Origin: Octopus sinensis
Taxonomy: Eukaryota
Direction of reading: 5' to 3'
Length of the DNA: 64,000 bases
Assembly: GCF_006345805.1 (NCBI RefSeq)
Contig: NC_043020.1
Location: forward strand, 23,374,001-23,438,000
The notes beneath the pieces were generated by a model. That model was given only the letters and a program-made list of their open reading frames with translations, was not told the DNA's origin and did not search any database. Positions 14,401 to 27,574 of the stretch are shown here, piece after piece (the stretch's first letter is position 1; each line of letters begins with the position of its first letter). The position numbers and the translations under genes were made by a program.

Positions 14401-14789
14401 GTGAAGGAGCAATTCGTCGGTTACGTCGACGAGGCTCCCAGCTGATACGAGGTGTTGGTCGGGCCGAGACTATAGTCCAAGGTGCCACACAGTGGCATTG
14501 AACAATGAAACATGTATATGAGTGAGCGGGAAAATGAAAGAAAGGGGCGCTCAGCACATTCAGCATCATTTAAAACAACGTATTTTAACTAATCTAATGA
14601 CTGCTCCGATCTAAACACGGCTTTATGCTCATATCGCTGCATGTGTGTTTGTGTGTGTTAGAGAGAGAGATAATGCACATGTACACACACACACACCACA
14701 CACACACACGCTGCAATTGTTTTTGTTTCAGCACACGATCTCAGATCAAATTACTTGCTATGCGAGTACATCTCGGTAATAATATATAT

Positions 14790-14854
<65 letters not shown>

Positions 14855-15020
14855 CAGTGATTGTTTCTTGTCAGGAACAAAAAGATTAATAGGACTGCTA
14901 TAGAAGTGCTCTATTGAAATAGAAAAATATTGAAGCATTCATGCTCGGATAAGCCCAAAAGGAAAGCACACAACATTGTGCTAGCCTGGTACGCGATGAT
15001 GTCTGTCTTTCTGTATTTTT

Positions 15021-15100
15021 TCCCCTGACGAAGGAGGTATTATCTTGATGCACCCTACTGCTTTAAACATAATAATACACCCCTGAAATGGCCATAGGGA
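15021..15100 (+). ncRNA. Type I hammerhead ribozyme motif with long stem II, intact core
   Basis: TCCC-CTGACGA(15025)-AGG ag GTATTAT...ATAATAC ac(c) CCT-GAAA(15085)-TGGCCA-TA-GGGA; palindrome ATGGCCAT; predicted cleavage after 15096. Confidence 0.8.
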
Positions 15101-15169
15101 TTATGTAAATATGGTTTCCTCTTTTTTAACTATAAGGTTTCTCTTACTTGAATAATTTTATAAGATTAG

Positions 15170-15575
15170 TGGCTGTGTGGTAAGTAGCTTGTTTACCAGC
15201 CACACGGTTCCGGGTTCAGTCCCACTGCGTGGCACCTAGGACAAATGTCTTCTACTATAGCCTCAGGCCGACCAAAGCCTTGTGAATGGATTTGCTAGAC
15301 GGAAACTGAAAGAGGCCCGTCGTATATATGTATATATGTATATATATGTGTGTGTGTGTTTGTGTGAGTGTGTTGTCCCCCTAGCATTGCTTGACAACCG
15401 ATGCTGGTGTGTTTATGTCCCCGTTACTTAGCGGTTCGGCAAAAGAGACTGATAGAATAAGTACTGGGCTTACAAAAGAATAAGTCCCGGGGTCGAGTTG
15501 CTCGACTAAAGGCGGTGCTCCTGCATGGCCGCAGTCAAATGACTGAAACAAGTAAAAGAGTAAAAGAGGAAAAGA
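15170..15575 (+). mobile_element. SINE family A, near full length
   Basis: gtggctgtgtggtaagtagcttg head through the gtaaaagag tail. Confidence 0.9.
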
Positions 15576-15628
15576 GATGAACTTTTATTTTATTTACATG
15601 ATATATATTATATATTTTTTATATGCCT

Positions 15629-15672
<44 letters not shown>

Positions 15673-15950
15673 TTTATATATACCTATATATTTTATATAT
15701 TACTTTATATTTATTTTTACTTTCTAGATGTTGTAATGTTTTTTAAAAAATGTATTTTTCTGAATCTCTAAAGTATTAACTCTAAACCGTGATGAACTTT
15801 TTTCTCGCACCTTATTATATGCTTATTGCTTGTACAGATGAATTATGTTCCATCTTGCGGTATGTTTAAATGTATATTCTGTGATTAAATGCTCGAATTA
15901 TGAAATGTTATGCGGATGACCTTGCATTTGTTTGTTCTTTAACCTTAGTT

Positions 15951-16026
<76 letters not shown>

Positions 16027-16051
16027 CATACATAATACATACATAAATACA

Positions 16052-16362
16052 TTTTCCTTGGGGCTGGCCGGATCGGAGCGATCTCAAGATTAATCAGCCG
16101 AAATTGCTAGGATGATCCGGTTCTTGACTGAAGATTGAAGGCTTCGAATGTCCCTTCCGTGTTTTTTGTATCATCTTCTAAATGTTTTACGTTCTTGTCC
16201 CCGTTTGTATTTTTCTACATATAAAATATATATAGCGACGTCCGTACCCACGTTGGCCTTATGTAAGTGCATATTCCTGTAAATTTGGTACGACTCTACA
16301 CACTGTCTCTCTCTCCTACATTTCTCTGCCTTTCACACTTTGCACTCTACTTTAATCTGTCC

Positions 16363-16400
<38 letters not shown>

Positions 16401-17072
16401 CTCCTCCTTTTCTCTTTTCTTGCCTCTGATTCTTTGGTCTACTCTTCCCCCACTCTCTCACAATTCTCTGTCTTTCTCACCTTGCACTCACTAGCCCTCT
16501 TTGGCACGCACTCTTTCTTCTCCCCTCTTTAATTCCTTCTTTCTCTCTCTTCTCCCCCCTTTGTTGCCTTCGTCCCTCTTTCTTTCTCTCTCTTTGTTTC
16601 CTTTGCCCCCTTTCTTTTCTCTCTCTTCTGTCACGTGACCGCTGGTCAAAATCAGCCTTTTGGCCTTCGACCACTGCCGTGAGAACATCTGCTGTCTTCG
16701 TCTGCCGATAAAGGCATTTTTTCAAAATACGCCAGCTAAACTTGTTGTACTGTTTATTAGTCGTAAGAGACCCGCTGTTTTTGTCCTGTTTTTACCATTA
16801 TTGTTTTTTGTATTTTATATTCGTGTGGCATCGTCCGTTCTTCTGTCCCTGTTTCGTATACATTCGATCCTTCTTCCAAGAAATCTAATGCTCGTAGATT
16901 AGTTTTTCCTTGGGGCTCACCGGATCGGAGCGATCTCAAGATTAATCAGCCGAAATTGCTAGGATGATCCGGTTCTTGACTGAAGATTGAAGGCTTCGAA
17001 TCTCCCGTCCGTGTTTTCTGTATCTTCTAAATGTTTTACGTTCTTGTCCCAGTTTGTATTTTTCTACATATA
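16052..17072 (+). mobile_element. Non-coding element with ~170-bp terminal direct repeats (16052-16223 and 16904-17072)
   Basis: ttttccttggggct...ctgaagattgaaggcttcgaat...ttttctacatata is repeated 852 bp apart; a solo copy lies at 44547-44703 (-). Confidence 0.8.
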
Positions 17073-17557
17073 ATATATATATATATACACTATATACACA
17101 TAAATACTTACTGACAGACAGACAGACAGATACACTGAGACAAGTAGACAGACATAGGACAGGCGGCGGCTGGGTGACGTGCAGACATGCTTATTTGTAT
17201 GGCACGCACCTACTTAATGTTTGATAGTTACGGAGATAGACAGAGACGGTTTGATATAAGGATGAGAAGTGGAAGGAGGGTGAGAGGTGGATACAGAGGG
17301 GGTGATACACGGCAATAAAGAAGAAGGGGGGCGTCAATGGAAGGAGAGAAAGAAAGAGAGCGAGAGAGAGAGAGAGAGAATACATGACATATATCATACA
17401 TGATACCAAGATCTGACCTACTGACATTTTTGCATTTTTTTTGTCGATCACAGTACGCTTGTTATCCCGTTGTAGTACTTCTCTCGCTGTTTATAACAGC
17501 ACAAGTGCGCTATTTTGTCTTCTAAGAATTTGTGTGGTGTTCTGCGTTTTATAAAGA

Positions 17558-17741
17558 ATGTCTTTCATTTACAACTCGCTTAAATGTTTACTGAACTCAT
17601 CAAACGGAATTTCCCTTGGAGTAGCTGCAGTTGTGATATTAATTGTAATCGTTTATGAATTAAAGCTGAGTCGAAGTCGACGTTTGCAGAACAAAAAACG
17701 CCTCTCCGAACAACAGAGATACAATGTATCTCGTGACAAAG
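17558..17741 (+). CDS. IYD: Iodotyrosine deiodinase exon 1 (N-terminal membrane anchor)
   Basis: ATG at 17558; MSFIYNSLKCLLNSSNGISLGVAAVVILIVIVYELKLSRSRR has a hydrophobic stretch followed by basic residues, as in animal IYDs. Donor AAAG|GTAAAT at 17742 is phase 1 and matches the phase-1 acceptor at 35570 (G+CG=Ala). Linkage to exon 2 is inferred from phase and expected domain order. Confidence 0.75.
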
Positions 17742-17864
17742 GTAAATTATATTCGTCGTTTTCCTCCTTTCATATAAAATGTGAATATGTGATTGCAATG
17801 CATTTCCGATTCGTTCCTACGACGAACATATTTCCCTAATGTGAAACCGATAGAATATTCTTTT

Positions 17865-18190
17865 ACACGTTTCGGTCACATGACTGGGGTCATGCTGGAG
17901 CGCCGCCTTAAAGGGTTTTAGTCGAAGAAATCGACACAGGAGTTGTAAATTGTAAGCCTAGTATATATTCTATCGTTCGCTTTTGCAGAAACGCTAAGGT
18001 TACAGGAACATAAACACACCAACATCGGTTGTCAAGCGATGGAGTGGGAACAAGCACAGACACAAATACTTTGTAAGCCTAGTACTTATTCTATCGTTCA
18101 CTTATGCCGAAACGCTAAGGTTACAGGAACATAAACACACCAACATCGGTTATCAAGCGATGAAGTGGGGACAAGCACAGACAAAAATAC
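17865..18190 (-). mobile_element. SINE family A fragment with an internal ~120-bp tandem duplication
   Basis: tgtaagcctagta...cacagac.caaatac occurs at about 17951 and 18072. Confidence 0.8.
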
Positions 18191-18399
18191 ATAAACACAC
18201 TCTACTTTATTGATTTTTAGAATAATGGGTTTCTTTTATAGTATATTCAATTGTTTCTGTATGGTGTGAATAACGCCTTACACTATTCAATTGCTTAATA
18301 GAAGTTTTTCTCTAAATTATATACATATATCATATATTGTGAAATTTGATTTAGAATTGCTAAATTGAATTTTTCCAAGTAAGTTTGGAATTATATTCC

Positions 18400-18414
18400 C
18401 TATTATTATTATTA

Positions 18415-18450
<36 letters not shown>

Positions 18451-18452
18451 GT

Positions 18453-18483
<31 letters not shown>

Positions 18484-18542
18484 TATTATTATTATTATTA
18501 TATTATTATTATATCATCATCATTATATATGTGCATATATAT

Positions 18543-18595
<53 letters not shown>
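18400..18595. repeat. (TTA)n plus (TA)n microsatellites
   Basis: Direct inspection. Confidence 0.95.
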
Positions 18596-18599
<4 letters not shown>

Positions 18600-19103
18600 A
18601 TTTCGGAATGGTCATTTTGCCAGTTTAGCCAATAAAAACACACGCACTATATATTTGGTGTTACTTTGATTCAGTGTTATTTACATTAATCTTAATCTTA
18701 TTTCGGCCAGAGTTCTTTCGTCACACTGCTGTGACCGCATCAGTGGTCCTTTGCTTTCTTTTTTCTTATTTGTGTGTCTCTCCTTACTAACCGTCAGCCA
18801 TTTTGTATTTCTATTGTATGTGTCTTCATTTGCGCATGCGTATATCTCTATATGCGTCTATGTTTAGTTAGTGTGTATGTATGTTGGGGGGGATGCCTGT
18901 AATATTTGTATCTTCTGTTTATATACATCCATGTAATTTGTTTTTGTTTTTGTTTATTCTTTTTTTCTTTTTATTTTGTTCATGTTTACATCCACTTATT
19001 ACTATTATTATCATTATTATTATTATTACGTGTGCTTGTTTGCTTGTATGCCTCCTCGTTCCGTTTTGAAGAACTCCATTATCAATACTTACGCACGTTG
19101 ACT

Positions 19104-19225
19104 TATTGTCCAATCAGCCAATTGTCCATTCGGCGAATTATCTGTTGGCGAATTATCAGTCGGCGAATTATCTTTTGGCGAATTATCAGTCGGCGAACTG
19201 TCTGTCGACGAATTGTCTGCACGCG
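19104..19225. repeat. 15-bp minisatellite (ggcgaattatc(a/t)gt-type, about 7 units)
   Basis: cggcgaattatctgttggcgaattatcagtcggcgaattatctttt...; resembles DNA-transposon subterminal repeats. Confidence 0.8.
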
Positions 19226-20500
19226 ATTTAAAAATATCCTTCCACCAGCAACATCTCGTAAAAGTTGAAGGCGAAACATAATTTGCTGAGACCTAATTGC
19301 CTGTAAGACATCGGTTGTTGCGTCTTACACCGTACTCGTCAAAACACACCTAAACAATCTTTACCCGAATAATTGGTTTGCAGTTACAGAAAATTTGAAC
19401 TTCTTAATCTCTACATAAACTTTAATAGATATATAACAAATCTTACATATTTGAGGCAGGGATGTACAGGCAAAGGAACTTTTCTTTTGAACGGCAGTTT
19501 TTAGCATAATTTCTAGGTAATTAAAAAATGTTAAACTTCGTATACTGGTAGAATGTGTTTATAAAACATCTTTTTCTCTTGGCTTTATTGAGAAAATTCT
19601 ATAGTTTGCAAGGTATTTGTTGTTTTTTTCTTCAATTTCTGCAATTTCAACCAATCACTGAAGTCTATTAAGGTAAAAAACATTCTGTGCCGTATTAATA
19701 TGACCCTCGTTTAAGAAACAGATTGGGTTTATTTAGGTTTGTGAAGAAAAAAAGATACCCTTCTCCCCACCCGTAACCTTAAAGCAGATTGAAATGCAAT
19801 AGATCGATACTAGGGTCATAATTATGGGTGACAATTTCATATGACACCGCTAGAAACAACTGCCGTTCAAACCGAAAAGATCCTAGCCAAATCTAACAAC
19901 TGCAGATAATTTTTGAGAAAAATGATAATGTGAATAGTCTTAATGTTAAATGTAACCACCGTGTTCGCTCATTGAGATCCAATTATCGAGCAACTATATC
20001 TCGTTTACAAAACAACTGAAAAATAACAGATAGCAAAATTGAAAAGATTTCCATAACTTGATATGGAAGACACTCATAATCCAAAAAATAATCTACTGGG
20101 ATTCAAAGTAAACAACTGCCAAGTCCAACAAGCTTTCCTGTTTTTCTCTATCATCGAAAAGAGGCATTTGCACTTGAAATAATGCTTTACGAAATGATTG
20201 AAGTGAATGATAAACCATTGTTATATATATTGAATATGGGAATCCTGCTGCTTGTATGCATATATGCGTATGTGTATACATTCATAAATACATACATACG
20301 TTCAACCATATATATATACATGCAACCATACATATACATACACATATATATATATATTCTTTTATTTTTCTCTTATAAGTATCAGCACTAAGGCTGTGGA
20401 CACGGTGGAGCACTACCCACGTAATCACTTTTTCAATGAGCAATCGTATGCGATTGGCTTTTGAAGAAGGAGGGAGTTCTCCACTGCTTCCCTCATATGT

Positions 20501-20578
<78 letters not shown>

Positions 20579-20687
20579 TATATATATTTATATGTGTATA
20601 TATATATATGTATGTATATATATATGTGTGTCTATATATATACATATATATATATAATATATATGTATATATATAGGTGTACATATA

Positions 20688-20737
<50 letters not shown>

Positions 20738-20990
20738 TGTATGTATGTGTATGTATGTATGTGTATGTATATAAATTTAATACAAGGAAAAATACAAGCA
20801 ATTTTCCACTGGTTTTTCAGTAATTACACAATATGGCAAGGAAGATTTTCACAACCTAAAAGGGTTTTATATTCAATATACAACAATTAAATGAAAATGA
20901 AAATTTATAATTCACATATTTTAAATATAGTTTATTAAAATAATATTATATTACACTTAATATCATATACTATAATAAGACTAAAAATTA

Positions 20991-21085
20991 AAATATTAAT
21001 CCTACAAATTGTTTCGATGCATACCCAACAATGAATTTATAAAAATGTCGTATGTTGGGATATGAATATCCTCAGGGTAATATTT
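20991..21085 (-). ncRNA. Type I hammerhead motif, core intact, stems eroded
   Basis: AAATATTA CC-CTGAGGA-t ATTCATATCCCAACA...TGTTGGGTATGCAT c-GAAAC-AATTT-GTA-GG at TAATATTT. Confidence 0.7.
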
Positions 21086-21399
21086 GACATAATTAGATAC
21101 AATTTTATCTAAAAAATGTTTAATCCTAGAACAGAGTGCATTAAATATGATTGTAAGCGTGAGCATAAATAATTTAAGAATATAATAAAAAATATAAATA
21201 AATAATTCAAATAGATAAAATAAATAGAAACTAGTATAACTATCATAAACAGTCTTGTCTACTTTTAATAATCCTAAATCTAAAAATATTTCATCACTAT
21301 AAAGGAAATAGTTTATTCTTGTACTGAATTTATTTTATAAATTACTTGAGTAATTATACTAGTGTTTTTTGCTGGTAAAACGTAGAAATCACAGATTGA

Positions 21400-22520
21400 C
21401 ATATGTTTAAAAAACATTCCTATACAACCGAGGAAGGGTTATATTAAGGACCTAATTAGTAAAAACTACTGAATTTATCCATAGAATCCGATGGAAAGCA
21501 TTGTACTATGATAAAGAAGTCGAACGGATAATTAACCTTCATAACGAAGAAATTGAACTTTTTAAAATGAACTTGAAGACTATGAAATTTCCACCAGCAA
21601 ACCGCCATTTGAATCCTTTGATAATGATTTACGATCTGTTGTTAAAAATATTTAATCCGTTGAGTATCTCCCTAGGGGAATGAACACTTAAAGGATCTGA
21701 AATATTTGGTATGTGACCTTAAAAGAAAAAATGGGATTATTGCGCAATCTGATAAAACTGGAAACATATAATATGGATATATTTGAATATCATGTATTAA
21801 TGAAGAGTGAAATTACTAGTAATTATAAAGTAGTAAGTAAAAATGTTTTAAGCTCCATTAACTTGGAAGCTAATAAAATTATGAATGATTCTAATTTTGA
21901 TGATAGAGCAGAACCATCTGTGACTATGCAACCTCGCTTCACTTTAAAATATCACAAGGAGAATTTGTTTTCTAACACTAAAATTAGGTTAATTTTCCCA
22001 GGCCGATCTGATCTAGGTAGATTAAGTAAAAATATTTTAGATAAAGTATATAGATGCACTTAAGAAAAAAATTGAACTTTGGTCTAATACGAAGCTATTT
22101 ATTGGTTTGATAATAAAAATACAAGTAACTTTATACAGTAAATTTATAGGTGCAGGAGTGGCTGTGTGGTAAGTAGCTTGCTTACCAACCACATGGTTCC
22201 GGGTTCAGTCCCACTGCGTGGCACCTTGGGCAATTGTCTTCTACTATAGCCTTCTACTATGGGATCAGGTGATTCTGCCCAAGTTACTAATATTATAGGC
22301 ATATACTTTTTCTTTCATTTAAGTAGTGAATATCCAGAAATTAAAAGTGGACTGTATATTTTAATCTGATCTATCAAATTTATTGTACATTCTCTCTTAC
22401 TGGGAATAGGTATATCCTTCAATGATGAGTTCCAGTCTATTTGTTCAAGCATACATTTATATGGGTGATATCGTGAACTCAATTTTCCTGTGTTCTTTAT
22501 ATACAATGTAATCGACATGT
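21400..22520 (+). mobile_element. Degenerate Penelope-like RT (Neptune-type), interrupted by a SINE head at 22148-22260
   Basis: NVLSSINLEANKIM...PRFTLKYHKENLFSNTKIRLIFPGRSDLGRLSKNILDKV resembles TLKDHK.NF.....CRLINP.KS..G..SK.ILD; STMGSGDSAQV resembles TMGSxDGAEV. Confidence 0.75.
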
Positions 22521-22609
22521 TTTGATGTAATTGAATTTTGAAAACAATTTTTAGGAACCGACTGATTAATAAGTTTAAATTACTATTTAAATTACTAAAT
22601 TACTCAACT

Positions 22610-23285
22610 TGATTTCGAGCCGGGTCGTCTGCTGCTGGAGAGGACCGATCAGGTAAAGGACCTAGGTATCTTGGTGGATTCCTCCTTTTCGCCTTCGGCC
22701 CAGTGCGTCCATGCTGCCAACAAAGCACGCGGAATTCTGTTTTTGATTCGACGGTCATTCGGAATGCTCACAACAGCCATATTCCTACCACTCTATGTTG
22801 GAGTATGGGATTCATGCCTCTTCTCCTTATCTCCTCAAAGACATACAGCATCACGAAATAGTCCAGAGGCTGGCTACCCGCATGGTTCATGGTCTCAAAA
22901 ATTTGTCCTACGAAGAAAGGCTGAGGACGCTCGACCTTTATTCTCTTGAAAAACGCCGCCGCCGTGGTGATCTCATTCTCGCCCACAACATCATAAGAGG
23001 GAAGTGCAACCTCTCGAAGGAGCTGTTCTTCACTCCTGCTCCAGAGATCGGCTGCGGGGTCATCTCAATCGAAGGAGAGGAGCTTTCTCCGTCCGGGTTG
23101 CGGATCCGTGGAACAAGCTGCCAGACGAGATGGTGAAGATGCCGACGACCGCTTTGTCAAAGCCTCCCTTGACCTCAAGTGGCCTGAACTCTTTACATGA
23201 ACACCACCCTGTACTTAACTCCATGTCCCCCTACATGGCCTTGCTATTTGCTTTTGAGCCAAATTAACTAACTAACTAACTAACT
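22610..23285 (+). mobile_element. CR1-clade LINE 3' end with (CTAA)n tail
   Basis: KDLGILVDS..FSPSAQC...LEYGIHASSPY...LSYEERLRTLDLYSLEKRRRRGDLILAHNIIRG; frameshifted; tail aactaactaactaac. Confidence 0.9.
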
Positions 23286-23782
23286 ATATTGATGTGGATA
23301 TTTACAGTATTTCAGTGAATTACTAAATAAATTAAGTATCATATCATATATTATATAAAATTTGATTGTCTAGTATTGGATTAAAATTTACAAATACCGT
23401 AATGTATTTATGTTATGTATAAAACTATATTAGTATATTTGTAATTTAATTAAAGTTATAAAGTTATAAGTAAATTAAATTAAATTATTTTATTTTATCT
23501 TAAATGGCTATAATCATTTAAATTAAATTTAATAATGATAGCAATAACATACAAATAGATTTATAATAGATTCCATAGAGATTAAAGACATTTGTTACGT
23601 CTTATTATATACTTCCGGTTCTGTTTTTTTCTCGAAAGCATGAATTATAACTTTATAAACAATGATGATATTTTCCTCTGAAACACTAAGTAAATTTCTG
23701 TTTTGTTACTTATTTCTTTATCTATAATGACTATATTAGTACCTAAAAGAAGATTATGCTAATTCTTAAATATTCTTATATA

Positions 23783-24185
23783 TAGGCGCAGGAGTGGATG
23801 TGTGGTAGGTAGCTTGTTTACCAACCACATGATTCCGGGTTCAGTCCCACTGCGTGGCACCTTGGACAAGTGTCTTCTACTATGGCCTCAGGCCGACCAA
23901 AGCCTTGTGAATGGATTTGCTAGACGGAAACTGAAAAGAAGCCCGTCGTATATATGTATATACATGTGTGAGTGTTCGTGTGTGTGTTTGTGTGTCTATG
24001 TTTGTCCCCCCACATCGCCTGACAACCGATATTGGTGTGTTTACATCCCCATTGCTTAGCGGTTCAGCAAAAGAGACCGATAGGATAAGTACTAGGCTTA
24101 CAAAGAATAAGTCCTGGGGTCGATTTGTTCGACTAAAGGTGGTGCTCCAGCATGGCCGCAGTCAAATGACTGAAACAAGTAAAGA
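23783..24185 (+). mobile_element. SINE family A, full length
   Basis: aggcgcaggagtgg head through gactgaaacaagtaaa tail. Confidence 0.92.
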
Positions 24186-24531
24186 TATAAAGACAAGAAG
24201 ATATATATATATACGAGCAAAACGCACCCACACCCACCCCACGTCCAATGGACGGCGCTGAGTTGTCAAATATTTAAAGCAAATTTTCTGAAAACAACTT
24301 TGAGATAACAGCAAAACTAGAAATAAAGATAGACTTTTTCTATTCCAAGAAAAACGATTTTACAAGTGCACGTTCCCACGGCTTTATCGATCGTAGTTTC
24401 ACTTGGAAACGATTTTTGAAATTTTTTCAGGACTTGTACCCGCCCTGATACCGTCGGTACCTACATATCAAATTTGAGCGCAATCGGAGGATGCCCGAGA
24501 TACTAGAAGTCACACACAGAGACAGACGGGT

Positions 24532-24562
<31 letters not shown>

Positions 24563-24864
24563 CACGTGATCACGTGACCGACTAGACCATCAGATGTTGC
24601 TACACATCGCTGGTCACAATGCCTTTGCATTGTTTTAGCCTTCGAATGACGCCACTCCGATGGCTAAGCGAGCAGGCCAACAGAAGAAAGAGTGGGAGAA
24701 AGAGTGGTGAAAGAGTACAGCAGGGATCACCACCCCATGCCGGAGCCTCGTGGAGCTTTTAGTTGTTTTCGCTCAATAAACACACACAATGCCCGATCTG
24801 CGAATCGAAATCGCCATCCTACGACCGCAAGTCCGCTGCCCTAACCACTGGGCCATTGCGCCTC
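24563..24864 (-). mobile_element. SINE family C, full length
   Basis: tRNA-like head gaggcgcaatggcccagtggttagggcagcggac on the minus strand. Confidence 0.92.
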
Positions 24865-25379
24865 TCTCTCTCTCTCTCTCTCCCTCCCTCTCTCTCTCTC
24901 TCACTCTCTCTCTCTCTATCTATATATATATATGTATATGTATATATATATATAACGGGAAGCTTTATGAAAATAAACAAAAGACGAAGGCAGGTGGAAA
25001 ACAAATATATATATTTAAAATTATGCATATACTTATATTTATCGTAGACGCTATAAAACTTATATTGTGTATATCCGGTTCTTCTGATCTGTCAAAATTA
25101 CATGTCTATAAAAACTATACGTGTGATTGCTTGTATAATTGTAAGGGCAGGGGCAGCGTCAGGGTCTGTATTAGGTGAGGCAGGACGAGGGTTGGTGTCG
25201 GCGGGGATAGAGTGGGGTGAAGTGGGAAAGGGTATGGGCAGGATAAGGTTATCATCAGTGAGTTCTCTCCCGCTTGCGATACATATTGGTATGGAAGAAA
25301 CGTCTTCCTGGGGTTAAAACGGCAGTACAATTATCTCTTTGAGAACAACCACTATAAAGAGGTGATAACCACTATCCGA

Positions 25380-25380
25380 T

Positions 25381-25460
<80 letters not shown>

Positions 25461-25469
25461 GGATGGATG

Positions 25470-25562
<93 letters not shown>
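25380..25562. repeat. (GATA)n microsatellite
   Basis: Direct inspection. Confidence 0.98.
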
Positions 25563-25563
<1 letters not shown>

Positions 25564-25647
25564 GGAGAGAGAGAGAGAAAAGAATAAAAGGAGAACAGAG
25601 GTAAGTATTTCACAATGCAGAATTTAAAAAGATCCAAAACATTTTAT

Positions 25648-25960
25648 AACAATTGCAGCGTGGAAGGTGTTTGTAAGCCGTTTAAGAAACACACAAAAGC
25701 CGTTCGATTCACTTCAACATTTAAGTTTAATTTGTCAAAATATTTTCGTCGCTAAAATCCGCGCACGGATTTTTGTCAGTGAACAGGTCGCGGTCTTAAA
25801 GCGACGAAAATATTTTGACAAATTAAACTTAAATGTTGAAGTGAATCGAACGGCTTTTGGGTGTTTCTTAAATGACTTACAAACACCTTCCACGCTGCAA
25901 TTGTTTTCGTTCCAGCACACGATCTCAGATCAAATCACTTGCTATGCGAGTACATCTCCG
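25648..25960. repeat. Fold-back element (arms about 25648-25752 and 25799-25903) with an HHR-like motif at the junction; family also at 33130-33310 and 14710-14780
   Basis: About 105-bp near-perfect inverted arms acaattgcagcgtggaagg...ttttcgtcgct. Confidence 0.9.
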
Positions 25961-26609
25961 TAAAAAACATTTTATACTTTGGACACAAAGGCCTACCTTT
26001 GCGTTTGAAATATAAACGCTTTGTTTTAAACTTTCTGCATTGTTTGATGCTTTCCTTATTTCTTGTGTGTGGGTGTGGGTTGGTGTATTAATTACTTTAA
26101 TTGTTGCAACATGAAATCGTAATTAAAATTACATAGTTAGACATTAAAATATCACACCTCGAATTAGCTGTAATTTTGGCGGCGGTATACTTCGGTGAAG
26201 ACCGTAATATTCCGCCGCACTCATAGTGGAAGCTGGAGAGAGTAAAATGAAGAAGAAACCTTTCTATCACAGACAGACAGATTAGCATCTTGTCGTGACT
26301 AAACAACTGTATCATCACAAGTTTGTAGTAATATAACTTCAGAGAAATGTACTAAAGGTGTGTAATCGTATTATGTTGAAGTAGAGTTTCTTTATATGAA
26401 TAAGAAATATTTTATGGATACAAGTGTAAATGAACAAGGTAGATAACGGTATCTAGTTCATTGCATTGGTACATATTGAATATGACGGACTTCAGTCTTA
26501 TTATCCACTTGCAGAAGATATTAAAATCGCAAAAAGCCGTCCATGTATGTTTTATCGATATCCACCGCCTGTAATAAGTAGCTGCAACAACAAAAAAACC
26601 ACCATCTAC

Positions 26610-26804
26610 TACAAAAACAACATGAACAGCAGCAACACCAACAGCAGCAATATCGATAACAACAATAATAACATGAACATCGCCAACAACAACAACAATT
26701 ACAACTATTTCAGCAATTTCAACAATAGCAGCTACAAGGTCCTCTAAGCCACCAGACTACATTTTCTTTTACGTTAACTACAACTGCTACTACTACTACT
26801 ACTA

Positions 26805-26840
<36 letters not shown>

Positions 26841-27150
26841 TACTACTACTACTTCTTCTTCTTCTTCTTCTCCTCCTCCTCCTTCTTCTTCTACTTCTTC
26901 TTCTTCTTCTCTTCCTTCTCCTTCTTCTTCTGCTGCTGCTTCTTCTTCTTCGTCGTCTTCTTTTTCTACTCCTTCTTCTTCACCTTCTTCTTCACCTTCT
27001 TCTTCTTCTTCTTCTTCTTCTTCTTCTCCTTCTTCTTCTTCTTCCTCTTCTTTTCCTTCTCCTTCTTCTTCTTCTTCTTCTTTTCTTTCTTCTTCTTCTT
27101 CTTCTTCTTCTTCTTCTTCTTCTCCTTTTTCTTCTACTTCTTCTACAACT
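26610..27150. repeat. (AAC)n, (TAC)n and (TTC)n microsatellite cluster
   Basis: Source of the poly-N and poly-E ORFs. Confidence 0.95.
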
Positions 27151-27574
27151 GATTTCACTTCTCTCACTGACTTAACTCATCAACACCCCTCTATCTCTGT
27201 CTTTAACCAATCTCAAACACTAATTTATTTATTTCCTTGCCCACCACACCATTTCTCAACGTCAACACTACCAAATTCAACTAACTTCATTACTGCTTCT
27301 TCTACCAGTGTCCAACCTCAACCGTACCTTCTTCCTCCCACTCCAGCCTCCACTGCCCAATTCCATCGAAGTCAAATAAATTTAAACTTAAACCTCTTTA
27401 CAATCCACTGTCCCTTAAAAAATTCACTCAGCTAAAACGAAATTTTAAAAATATGTAAATATGCCTCCATTTTTTTTTACGCACGTGACTATGCACATAT
27501 CGCGACTGTAATTTCCTTCATCGAACAAGGAGACGACATCTAATCAATGATCAAAAAACAAAATTCCTACCAAA

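Noticed and set aside
23264-23285. (CTAA)n run as a telomeric repeat
   Set aside because: Short and located exactly at the 3' end of a CR1 LINE, so it is the element tail.
24270-24530. Possible Helentron/DINE-like non-autonomous element end
   Set aside because: Only a generic gacagacgg tail and motif resemblance; termini are not definable.
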